Source: Desulfosudaceae bacterium
GTDB lineage: Bacteria > Desulfobacterota > Desulfobacteria > Desulfobacterales > Desulfosudaceae
Direction: 5' to 3'
Assembly: GCA_963674745.2 (NCBI GenBank)
Contig: CAXXDV010000001.1
Coordinates: forward strand, 2,304,001 to 2,368,000
Length of the DNA stretch: 64,000 bases
Position 1 is the stretch's first letter. Each line of letters starts with the position of its first letter. The position numbers and the translations under genes are program-made. The notes under the pieces are model-generated. The model ran no database searches. It was not told the DNA's origin and saw nothing but the letters and a program-made list of their open reading frames with translations. Positions 10,130 to 18,677 of this stretch are shown piece by piece.

Positions 10130-10366
10130 TTACTTCACCCGTCACCCGCGTCCTTTCAAGCCAATGGTGACCTTGTCTTGCTCCACGATAACCGGAATCT
10201 TCCGGTTTCCATCTGAATATCTGAGCATTTCGTCCAGATTGGCCGGGTCTGCCAGGACATCAACGTAGCGTACGGAATTTCCTTTTTTCGTATACGCCTC
10301 ACGGGCCAGGGTGGTGAACGGTCAGGTGCTCTTCCCGAAGATTATGATTTGATGGTTTTGATTCAT
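10130..10366 (-). CDS. Glutaredoxin-like selenoprotein, 78 aa, with two in-frame UGA codons read as Sec15 and Sec75; absent from the ORF track
   Basis: Manual translation: MNQNHQIIIFGKST-U-PFTTLAREAYTKKGNSVRYVDVLADPANLDEMLRYSDGNRKIPVIVEQDKVTIGLKGRG-U-RVK-TAA. UGA at 10324-10322 occupies the Grx active-site position (UPFT); IP cis-Pro motif present; ATGA overlap with the PP2C stop. Confidence 0.85.
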
Positions 10367-11175
10367 AAGCTTTTATTCAGAAGACGCCCGATACGTGAAA
10401 AAATATTACGCTGCTTGTCCACGTCTTTTATCTTGAGCACAATTACCGTAATGTTATCCAGACCGCCCTTTTCATTGGCCAGATCAACCAGCTTTTTACA
10501 GGCAGCGGCCGGTTTGTCGCCCAGGGCCGTATCCAGGATAACCTCTTCTGAAATCATGTCGGTCAGGCCGTCTGAACAGAGAACGAAGGTGTCTCCGGCC
10601 AGGCCTTTCTGCTCGACAGTATCGGGCGTTACTTGAGGCTTGGTGCCCACGGCCTGGGTCAGCATATGTTTGAATTCTTCATTCAGCGGCTCACCGTCCG
10701 GGTTGGCCGCCTTGGCGGCAGAAGCGACCGTATGCAGGGTCGATATCAGTTCAATCTGATCATTACGGATTAAAAACACCGGGCTGTCACCGACATTGGC
10801 CACGATAACTGTCTTGTCAGTCAAGAAAACAGCCGAGATTGTCGTACCCATTCCCGCGTATTTCGGATTATCAGAAGCCAGGTCGAGAACGCTCATGTTG
10901 GCCAGATTAATCCCGGCCAGCAGCCGGTTGGCCTGTTTGGAAAGCCGCCGTCGGGTATCCGGTAATTCCTCGGGGTTTTTATGATCTGTAATGTTTTTGA
11001 TATAGCTCAGGATGGTCTCGGCGGCGACACGGCTGGCCACTTCTCCGGCAGCGTGTCCGCCCATACCGTCGGCTACCACATACAGCCCCAAGGCCTCGTC
11101 AATCACAAAAAAATCTTCATTGGCCTTTCTTTTTCTGCCGGTATCTGTCAGGCCCGCAGACTCAACGATAAGCAT
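10363..11175 (-). CDS. PP2C/Stp1 family Ser/Thr protein phosphatase
   Basis: TDTGRKR..NED, VADGMGGH, GMGTT, NVGDS, LCSDGL and GG.DNIT motifs. Confidence 0.96.
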   Translation of the reverse strand: MLIVESAGLTDTGRKRKANEDFFVIDEALGLYVVADGMGGHAAGEVASRVAAETILSYIKNITDHKNPEELPDTRRRLSKQANRLLAGINLANMSVLDLASDNPKYAGMGTTISAVFLTDKTVIVANVGDSPVFLIRNDQIELISTLHTVASAAKAANPDGEPLNEEFKHMLTQAVGTKPQVTPDTVEQKGLAGDTFVLCSDGLTDMISEEVILDTALGDKPAAACKKLVDLANEKGGLDNITVIVLKIKDVDKQRNIFSRIGRLLNKSL

Positions 11176-11189
11176 AAGGTGCCCTTTTG

Positions 11190-13724
11190 TTATTTGTTGC
11201 TTTGTTGTCTCTTGCTCCGGGCAGCGTCTATTTTCTGGCCGAGTGTTCTCAAGTGTTGCGCCATCTGCCCGGCTGACTGGTATCTTTGTTCCACCTTTTT
11301 GGCCATTGCCTTGTTGAGAATGGCGACCAGCGGTTTGAATATTTTGGGATTAATCTGCTGTGGGTTGGGATGGGGTTCGTTCAATATTTTGTGCATCAAC
11401 TCGGCCGGGCTGCTTCCCTTAAAGGGGACTTCTCCTGTCAGTAATTGAAACATCATGGTGCCCAGAGAAAAAATATCACTCCGGCCGTCCACTTTTTTGC
11501 CTGTAATCTGCTCCGGAGACATGTAATAGGGTGTCCCCTTGATGATGCCCGTTTTGGTCTGTGAAGAAGCCGTTATCCTGGCTATGCCGAAATCGGTTAT
11601 TTTAATTTTATTGCCTTTGATCAACATGATATTGGCCGGTTTGATATCGCGATGGACGATACCTTTCTGATGCGCGTAGTCCAGCCCTTCCGCAATGTCC
11701 GCGATGTAATCAATAACCCGACGCATGGGCAGCAGGTTTTTTTTCTTGGTATATTTGTCGAGGTCATCTCCTTCCAGGTACTCCATGGCAATGTAAGCCA
11801 GGTCCTGCTCTTCACCGGCGTCATATATGGTCACGATGTTGGGATGGGACAGGGTGCCGGCACTTTCGGCTTCCCGGAAGAATTTGGCCTTCATTTCCCT
11901 GGCTTCGTCTTCGTCGAAATCTTCGCTGAATTTGACGGTTTTAATAGCGGTCGTCCGGTTAATGCGGGGGTCCTGGCCAAGGTAGACAGTGCCCATGGCA
12001 CCTTTGCCGAGCTGCTTCATGATTTCATAGCGGCCCAGCGTGGGCCGGACGCCTGATGTACCGGCCATGTCATCGCCGCCGCTGCCGATAAAGTCGCTGC
12101 CGAACACCATGGTCTCGCTGGCCAGGTTCAGTTTTTTCTTCTTATCGGTGACGTCTTTGAACTTACTGTCATGTTGTTCGATGTAACCATATACCGCCGC
12201 TGCCTTGTTGAATTGGCGTTTGCGCTCGTAGTCCAGGGCCAGGTTGTAAAGCACGTCTTTCATTTCATCGTCGACCGGTACTTTTCTGAATTTATCAAAG
12301 GCCATATCCAGCATGCCCTGGGATTGGAAAGAGATGCCCAGCATACGGTTGGTCTGCGCGGATTCACCTTCGACCTTTTCCTTGCCCGCTTCGGTCACAA
12401 AATAATTGATGGATACAATACCGGTATAACCAACGATCAGAAGAAGAAGCGGGTAAATCACCTGAATCCAGATATTTTGCATCAGGAAAAAATAAGCCGA
12501 ACCACCGATCAGCAGGCAGACAAAAAAGAAAAAGGTAGTTCCGGCAATAAGGGCCTTCATCCTGGGAAAACCCCATGTAATCAACAACCCCAGTAATACG
12601 ATGGCGATCCCCTGGCTTTTACCGCCAAGCGGCATTTCCCGGATGAAATTCTGGTTCAAAATGGACCATATGATATTACCGCTGAAATCACCGAAGGAGG
12701 TCCCGGCCGAAACCGGCGTGCTTAAGGGGTTGGCCAGTCCCTTGGCAGAAAAGGATAGCAGTACGATTTTTCCCTTGAACAGGCGCAGGGGGATTTTATC
12801 GTTTATAACGTCAAAGAACGAGTAATGCTTAAACGCCTCATCGGAACCGATGAAGTTGATCAAAATTTCCGAAGAGGATGTCAAGGGAATGGTGATGTCT
12901 TTTAAATATATTTTATCCCCTATTTTTGCAGTGATTTCAGAGGGTTTGATGTTCAGATAGTTGGCCGCGATCACCAATGAATAGGAAGGAATGAACAAAT
13001 CGTTGAACTGATAAAACGGGCGTTCTCTTCTGAATGTGCCGTCTTGATCCGGGGCATAATTGATATGTCCCATGCCGGCGGCGGCTTTCTGGAAAGCGGC
13101 GATGGGAAGGGTGACATCACCGGATTGGGGATGCCTGAGCGGCCCGGAAGGGGCATGGCTGACGTTAATGGCCTGTGAAGCGATGACGGTGTTTTTTCCT
13201 GTTTCATCTTCTTCCGGCAGCAGGGTGTCTTTGAAAAAAACGGGTAAGATCACATTCCCTGCGTTTTTCATGGATTTTGCAAGCTTGGAGTCCCGGTCAA
13301 GATTTTCCCTGGCATCGGAAACGGCATTTAAAAAGGCCGGTGCTTTCGGGTCATCGAAAAAAGATGATTTGAAAATATCCTCCAGCCTGTCAATCTCCAG
13401 CAAACCGGCATTTTCTTCGGCCTCGCTGTAGATGATATTCAGACCGATAACAGCCGGTTTTTCCGTTGCGATTTTGTCTATACAGGCGGCGATCATTGAC
13501 CGGGGCCAGGGCCAGCGGCCGAGGTTTTCAATGGATTCATCATCAATTTCGATAATAACGACCCGGTCCGTGGCTTCGGCCTGAATTTTCAACTTCATCC
13601 AGGTGTCGTAAAGCTTCAACCCCAGCGTGTCAAAAAAATCAATGCGGATAAATGCCAGGAGTAAAAAAAGGATAGTGACCGTCAGGCCAAAAACAAGTGT
13701 GGGATTTTTTTTTATCCAATTCAT
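11190..13724 (-). CDS. Membrane Ser/Thr protein kinase with N-terminal CHASE2 sensor domain
   Basis: CHASE2 signature (IDDESI..LGRWPWPR), TM helices, then a Hanks kinase domain (GKGAMG, AIK, HRDIKPAN, DFG, GTPYYMSPEQ). Confidence 0.95.
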   Translation of the reverse strand: MNWIKKNPTLVFGLTVTILFLLLAFIRIDFFDTLGLKLYDTWMKLKIQAEATDRVVIIEIDDESIENLGRWPWPRSMIAACIDKIATEKPAVIGLNIIYSEAEENAGLLEIDRLEDIFKSSFFDDPKAPAFLNAVSDARENLDRDSKLAKSMKNAGNVILPVFFKDTLLPEEDETGKNTVIASQAINVSHAPSGPLRHPQSGDVTLPIAAFQKAAAGMGHINYAPDQDGTFRRERPFYQFNDLFIPSYSLVIAANYLNIKPSEITAKIGDKIYLKDITIPLTSSSEILINFIGSDEAFKHYSFFDVINDKIPLRLFKGKIVLLSFSAKGLANPLSTPVSAGTSFGDFSGNIIWSILNQNFIREMPLGGKSQGIAIVLLGLLITWGFPRMKALIAGTTFFFFVCLLIGGSAYFFLMQNIWIQVIYPLLLLIVGYTGIVSINYFVTEAGKEKVEGESAQTNRMLGISFQSQGMLDMAFDKFRKVPVDDEMKDVLYNLALDYERKRQFNKAAAVYGYIEQHDSKFKDVTDKKKKLNLASETMVFGSDFIGSGGDDMAGTSGVRPTLGRYEIMKQLGKGAMGTVYLGQDPRINRTTAIKTVKFSEDFDEDEAREMKAKFFREAESAGTLSHPNIVTIYDAGEEQDLAYIAMEYLEGDDLDKYTKKKNLLPMRRVIDYIADIAEGLDYAHQKGIVHRDIKPANIMLIKGNKIKITDFGIARITASSQTKTGIIKGTPYYMSPEQITGKKVDGRSDIFSLGTMMFQLLTGEVPFKGSSPAELMHKILNEPHPNPQQINPKIFKPLVAILNKAMAKKVEQRYQSAGQMAQHLRTLGQKIDAARSKRQQSNK

Positions 13725-13828
13725 TCGGTTTCAGGCAACCTGTTAGAAATCGAAAGCGTTTACCATGAACACGACCTCCCCTTTTTGAAACGGCGTTTTC
13801 ATGTCATGGGAAAATTATCAGTCCTGTA

Positions 13829-13858
13829 ATTATAAGGTAAGCGATTAAAAGGTGTCAA
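13829..13858 (-). promoter_or_regulatory. Sigma-70 promoter of the kinase-PP2C-selenoprotein-LOG operon
   Basis: Minus strand reads TTGACA-N18-TATAAT, both hexamers at consensus, about 105 bp upstream of the kinase start. Confidence 0.8.
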
Positions 13859-13938
13859 TAGATAGTGTCTACCCCTTTTAGATGGATCGAAACGAGATAA
13901 GAAGGCGGATAGATTCCATATCTTTCCGGAAGTGCCGA

Positions 13939-15393
13939 TTACCTGAATTTGATCTGCCGGGCCGCCAGAAACACTAATTTTAGCAGTATCCAGCCGTGTT
14001 TCCATCTTTTGATTTTCGTTGTGCCGTAAGTCCTGCGGCGATAACGGACGGGCAGATCAATTATTTTAAGGTTAATCCTGGCTGCGTTGAAAAGAAGATC
14101 AAAATCGCCGAAAGGATCCATAAGGCTGAGGCCGTCCGGGTTTTGCTTCATTTTTTCATAATCTTTTTTCCACAACGCCTTGGTGCCGCAAAGCGTGTCT
14201 TTGACGGGTTGATCAAGCAACCAGGACAACAGCAGGCCGAAAGCCTTGTTGAACACCATGTTTAAAAAGCGCATGCTTTGATCTTCCAGTGGATATACCA
14301 GCCGGACACCATTGATGAAATCGCCTTTTCCGGTTATCAGCGCTTCGACAAAGCGGGGAAGGCCTTCGGGAGGGACGGTCATGTCGGCATCAAGGATGAC
14401 CAGGATATCACCGGTCGCCTGGTTGAATCCGGCCCGGACGGCATCGCTTTTTCCCTGCCCGGGCTGCTTGATGAAGCGGATGTTTTGGTTCGAAAATTCG
14501 TTGATGGCATGGCGGATCGTTTCCTCGGTTCCATCCGTGGATCCCCCTTCGACGAAAATCAGTTCCGTATCGTACCCCGGCAGTTTCGTCTGTTGCAGCA
14601 GGTCCGGGATGTTTCCGGCTTCGTTCTTGGCCGGGACTATGATTGAAACAATCGGGGTTGACAGGGGGTGACAGCGATTCTCCGGTGGTGATAACGGCCG
14701 GGCAACAATGTAATTTGTTAACCCGAACCATTGAAAGGGTAAAAAATTTATCAGGAAACGGTTTGCCGTTGCCTCCAGCAGCGGACATCTTGCCGGAAAC
14801 AGGATTCTGGTTCTGTTGCCGAGGGGCTCAAATCCGGACAGGCGTAAAAGGTTGAAAATATCCATGGGCGTCAGCCAGTTTTGTTTCAGCATATCGGCTG
14901 CCAGGTGACACTTTCTGGCCAATTCAAACGGGATGCGCCATACATTATTAAAAAAATTGATGATAATCCGTGTGCCGGCATGACACAAAGGCCGGATTCC
15001 CGTTAGCACCGATTGCACATCCCACAGGTCATTTATCAGATCGGAAAGGATGATTATATCGAACCTGGCGCTGAATGCCAGCTGGTGAACATCAGCGCAA
15101 ACAAAGTCGAGATGAGGATATTTTTTTTTGGCCTGCTTGATCATGGGGATTGAAAAGTCAACGCCGACACCAACTTCAGGTGCCAGGACGTTAAGCAGGT
15201 CGCCCTGACCGCATCCAAGTTCCAGGACCGTTAATCCGGGTGGAATCAGGAAATGATAATAACGCTGGAGCAGGGAGTGGTAAAAGCGGCCGGTGCGCCG
15301 GCCTTTGTTTATCCTGTCCATGCAGATGGCATCCCATTGCCGTCGCCTTTTGGTCTGATAGGTTGCCTCTGGTGTCGGGGTAGCGGTCATCAT
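13939..15393 (-). CDS. Bifunctional class I SAM methyltransferase / GT2 (DPM1-like) glycosyltransferase
   Basis: N-terminal VLELGCGQG; C-terminal SIIVPAKNEAGNI, ILDADMTVPP, DTLCGTK. Confidence 0.88.
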   Translation of the reverse strand: MMTATPTPEATYQTKRRRQWDAICMDRINKGRRTGRFYHSLLQRYYHFLIPPGLTVLELGCGQGDLLNVLAPEVGVGVDFSIPMIKQAKKKYPHLDFVCADVHQLAFSARFDIIILSDLINDLWDVQSVLTGIRPLCHAGTRIIINFFNNVWRIPFELARKCHLAADMLKQNWLTPMDIFNLLRLSGFEPLGNRTRILFPARCPLLEATANRFLINFLPFQWFGLTNYIVARPLSPPENRCHPLSTPIVSIIVPAKNEAGNIPDLLQQTKLPGYDTELIFVEGGSTDGTEETIRHAINEFSNQNIRFIKQPGQGKSDAVRAGFNQATGDILVILDADMTVPPEGLPRFVEALITGKGDFINGVRLVYPLEDQSMRFLNMVFNKAFGLLLSWLLDQPVKDTLCGTKALWKKDYEKMKQNPDGLSLMDPFGDFDLLFNAARINLKIIDLPVRYRRRTYGTTKIKRWKHGWILLKLVFLAARQIKFR

Positions 15394-15403
15394 CTTTATA
15401 TCT

Positions 15404-15528
15404 GGTTCATCTCCCGAAAATATGTATTAAGCATTCATAAAAATTTTCATTAACAACCCCTTGAACCCTCGACCCCTTGAATCCTTGAATGCTTGAACCC
15501 TGTGTGCCCACTAAATTGGAGAAGAGCC
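15404..15528. mobile_element. MITE-like element containing octamer tandem repeats
   Basis: Imperfect terminal IRs GGTTCATCTCC / GGAGAAGAGCC; internal CCCTTGAA-type repeats at 15458-15501. Confidence 0.55.
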
Positions 15529-15699
15529 TTGTGTGTAAATCGGTTTACCGGCGTTTGGTTTAATATTATTATTCATTTTTTCATTTGTTTATGTAATATA
15601 AAGCAGATCGTATGACAACAGGCAAATATATCAAAAACCCAGCCAGGATATGCAGGTGGCAGTTGCCACGGCGTGGACGAGGCATATCCGGGATAAAGG

Positions 15700-17604
15700 A
15701 TGGCCGGGAAAGGACCCCAAAAAAATATGGCGGATGGTAATACCGGTTTGAAAAAAATCGCCATCGGTTTGGCGGGGTTTTCCCTGATTGCCTGCCACTG
15801 GCTGATTTTTTCCAGATTTTTCCCCATTTTGGGGGGGGGGCTGGGGCATGATTTCACCCTGGGACTGCCACAGCTGTTGTCCGGATATTTTTGGTTTCGA
15901 AATAATGGCCTTTCGTCGGTTTTCTGGTTTTCGCCTTTTATCTGTGGCGGTGTGCCGGCATTTGCCCATCCCATTCATTTTTTTTATTCCATGCCACAAT
16001 TTCTGACCTTTCTGGTGGACCCTTTTTCAGCCGTCATGCTGAATTTTATCCTGTTCGCGACCGTCGGCTTCTGGGGGCATTATTTTCTCGTGCGCCGGGT
16101 GTTCGCCACGACGGCTTATACGGCATTACTTTGCGCCACTTTGTTTCTTTTTAACGGTTTTTATGTTTACCGGTATATTATCGGACATTTTCTTTTTCAT
16201 TCCTTTATGCTGACTCCCTGGTGCGTGTTACTGCTGGTGGATCCCGTCTTGACGACAGGAGGGGGGCGAGTTGGAAAGAACGTGGGTGCCTGTACGATAA
16301 CGGCTTTGATGATCAGTTATATGGTTCATTCCACGCTGCAGAACCTGATGCCGCCTGTTATGCTGAGTATTGTTGCGGCCAGCCTGGTCAGTGGTCTTGC
16401 CCTTGGTCGGCAATTTTCAACAAAAGCCTGGGCGGCACGGTTTTTTTGTGCCTGTACGCTGGCCCTGGGTATATCAGCGGCCAAATTGAGCGCGCTTTAT
16501 CATTTTTTAAGCCATGTACCCAGGACAGGTTATATGTTGCCTCAGTTTACCAGCCTGCCCGATCTTCTTTATGTTCTGTTTCAGTCGCTTTTTTTCAGGC
16601 CGGCCTGGGAAAGGGCGCGACAATCCATGACCCATATGCAGTTTACATTGAAACGTCATGAGTTTGAGTTCGGGCTGACGTTTGTGCCACTGCTCATTCT
16701 GGGCGTTGGCGTAATTTATTTCCTGCTGTTGTTAAGGAAGGGTGACCGACGGCGGTTGTTTTTGAAAAGTATAAACGCCAGGACCCTGTCGCTTGTAACG
16801 GTCTTGTTGCTGTTGCTGGCTCTGCCGATTGTCTTGAATTATTACACGCCCGCCTGGAACCGGTTTTTAAAAACGGTTCCCATCATCGGCAGCAGCACAC
16901 AATGCACGCGCTGGTTTTGTATATATATTCCGATCATCACAATCCTGACGGCCATAGCCGCCTGCAAAACACCTTTTTTCAGGCGGTTTCCGAAATCGGT
17001 GGCGCTGGTCGGTATTTCTGCCGTTTTGTTCGTCAATTTGAGCACGGAGAAATCCTACTATCTTCAGGAAACATATTCGCCATTCCCGATTATGGCCATG
17101 TATTACAAAGTCAAAAAGGGGCAGTGGGAACCTGTCATAACCGATATCGGTGTCTGTACTGATAAATACGGCCGTCCTGTAACCCCTGTTTACCGGAATG
17201 ACAGTCTCGTTTTCGGACAGTCTCAACTGCTATGCTATGATTCCGCATTCGGGTATCGGCTGGAAAATATACCGGTAAAACAATTGTCCCCCGGGCCGGT
17301 ACTCAAGGAAACAGACGGGTTTTTGAATATCAAGAATCCGGCCTGTTATGTGTTTCCGGAAAACAATAATTGTGAGCCGGGAGATCATTTCAGAGTTTCG
17401 GAAAAGGAAAAAGCCCTGGCCTTCACGCATTACCGGCCATACGATTTCGAAATGCCGGTTATCCAGAAGATCGCCAACCGGATAAGTTTCGGCAGTCTGT
17501 TGATATCCGGTATTCTTTTGGCCTGGGTGGTGGTCGCTACAGGCGTTTCTTCCTGGCGACAAAGAACTGGGTCCACAGCAGAAAATCAAGCCTGGTGCCG
17601 GTGA
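15700..17604 (+). CDS. Polytopic membrane protein, possibly a GT-C fold (YfhO-like) glycosyltransferase
   Basis: Many hydrophobic helices, W.P...GG.P.FA.P in the first loop, C-terminal soluble domain; flanked by GT2 and methyltransferase genes. Confidence 0.6.
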   Translation: MAGKGPQKNMADGNTGLKKIAIGLAGFSLIACHWLIFSRFFPILGGGLGHDFTLGLPQLLSGYFWFRNNGLSSVFWFSPFICGGVPAFAHPIHFFYSMPQFLTFLVDPFSAVMLNFILFATVGFWGHYFLVRRVFATTAYTALLCATLFLFNGFYVYRYIIGHFLFHSFMLTPWCVLLLVDPVLTTGGGRVGKNVGACTITALMISYMVHSTLQNLMPPVMLSIVAASLVSGLALGRQFSTKAWAARFFCACTLALGISAAKLSALYHFLSHVPRTGYMLPQFTSLPDLLYVLFQSLFFRPAWERARQSMTHMQFTLKRHEFEFGLTFVPLLILGVGVIYFLLLLRKGDRRRLFLKSINARTLSLVTVLLLLLALPIVLNYYTPAWNRFLKTVPIIGSSTQCTRWFCIYIPIITILTAIAACKTPFFRRFPKSVALVGISAVLFVNLSTEKSYYLQETYSPFPIMAMYYKVKKGQWEPVITDIGVCTDKYGRPVTPVYRNDSLVFGQSQLLCYDSAFGYRLENIPVKQLSPGPVLKETDGFLNIKNPACYVFPENNNCEPGDHFRVSEKEKALAFTHYRPYDFEMPVIQKIANRISFGSLLISGILLAWVVVATGVSSWRQRTGSTAENQAWCR

Positions 17605-18328
17605 GGCCGTTGTTCAAGCGAGCCAACATCTTTTGCGGCCACCTGGCGGGTATTTCCGCCAGGCCTGGAAGATAAAGGCCCGATTTATGTGTTTCTAAGA
17701 TGGTAAATCCGCTCTGGGCCAGCTTGCTTTCGAGTTTGCGGTTGGCAACGAGGTTGATATGGCCTGTCGGCAGTACCGGCTCCCTGTAAATTTTTTTCGT
17801 AAACGGTATGACCGGACGGCGCAGAAAGATACCGGCTGTCAGCTCCAACAGGCTGAATGGCTGGGGGGTTGAAAGGATCAAGATGCCGCCCGGCTTTAAA
17901 ATACGGTATATCTCGTTCAGGCAGGCCGTCTCATCCTGAATGTGTTCCAGCACTTCGGAGCAGACAATCAATCCGGCCGCATCGCCCCGGATGGGCAGCG
18001 ACCTGGCATTTCCGGCCATATATTGCGTATTCCCCTTTTCTATCGGTACTTCTTTTAGATAACGCAGGAAGGCCGGCTCAATATCCACGCTGATAACGGA
18101 ACGAAAATGCAGGGAGAGTATCGGCAGTAAAACGCCGGATCCGGTACCAAGATCAACGGCCGGCCCACAGGGCACCACCGAAACATAACGGGTGACGGCC
18201 GCGTTTAACCATTGCAGTCGGCTGTTATGCAGCCATCTGCGGGTCGGGTTGCGAGAATCATACAGGCCGCGCTGCAGACGAAGGGCGTCATTAATCCGGC
18301 TATGGCCGCGATGTTTCGTTTTTTTCAT
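17537..18328 (-). CDS. Class I SAM-dependent methyltransferase
   Basis: VDLGTGSG, CSEVLEHI and RILKPGG motifs. Confidence 0.9.
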   Translation of the reverse strand: MKKTKHRGHSRINDALRLQRGLYDSRNPTRRWLHNSRLQWLNAAVTRYVSVVPCGPAVDLGTGSGVLLPILSLHFRSVISVDIEPAFLRYLKEVPIEKGNTQYMAGNARSLPIRGDAAGLIVCSEVLEHIQDETACLNEIYRILKPGGILILSTPQPFSLLELTAGIFLRRPVIPFTKKIYREPVLPTGHINLVANRKLESKLAQSGFTILETHKSGLYLPGLAEIPARWPQKMLARLNNGLTGTRLDFLLWTQFFVARKKRL

Positions 18329-18677
18329 CAGGTGTTATGGCTTTGCGGACGACAAAAAGCGGCGGGTCCTGCATATCGGCGTCGATAACAACCACGGCAT
18401 CCCCAACGCCTTTTTCCAGGCCGGCGAATACAGCCGTGTCTTTTCCAAAACGCCTTGACAGGGAGGCAAGGGCGGTGTCGGTTCGGTTGCGATAGATGCC
18501 GAGCAGGACATCCCAGCTGTTGTCCGTACTGCCGTCACCAATAAAAATAAATTCATGTTTGAATTTTTCAAAAGTAAGCGCCTGGTCAAGGGCTTTTGCC
18601 AGTTCGGGCAGAATATCGGCTTCATTATAAACCGGTATCACGATGGACAGGATTTTGTCTTTAAGGCCTATTTTCAT
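18300..18677 (-). pseudogene. Truncated GtrB/ArnC-like GT2 glycosyltransferase (N-terminal part only)
   Basis: SIVIPVYNE, GDGSTD (usual DDGS altered), SRRFGK..A..AGL, IDADMQDPP, then similarity ends at about residue 107; no C-terminal TM region. Confidence 0.7.

Noticed and set aside
10029..10268. 79-aa + strand ORF in the LOG-PP2C gap
   Set aside because: It is antisense to the operon and overlaps LOG; the minus-strand UGA-containing redoxin frame explains the region
9437..13724. Cytokinin signalling inferred from CHASE2 plus LOG
   Set aside because: CHASE2 is a different family from the plant cytokinin-binding CHASE domain, and many bacterial LOG proteins are general NMP hydrolases; the names alone are not evidence
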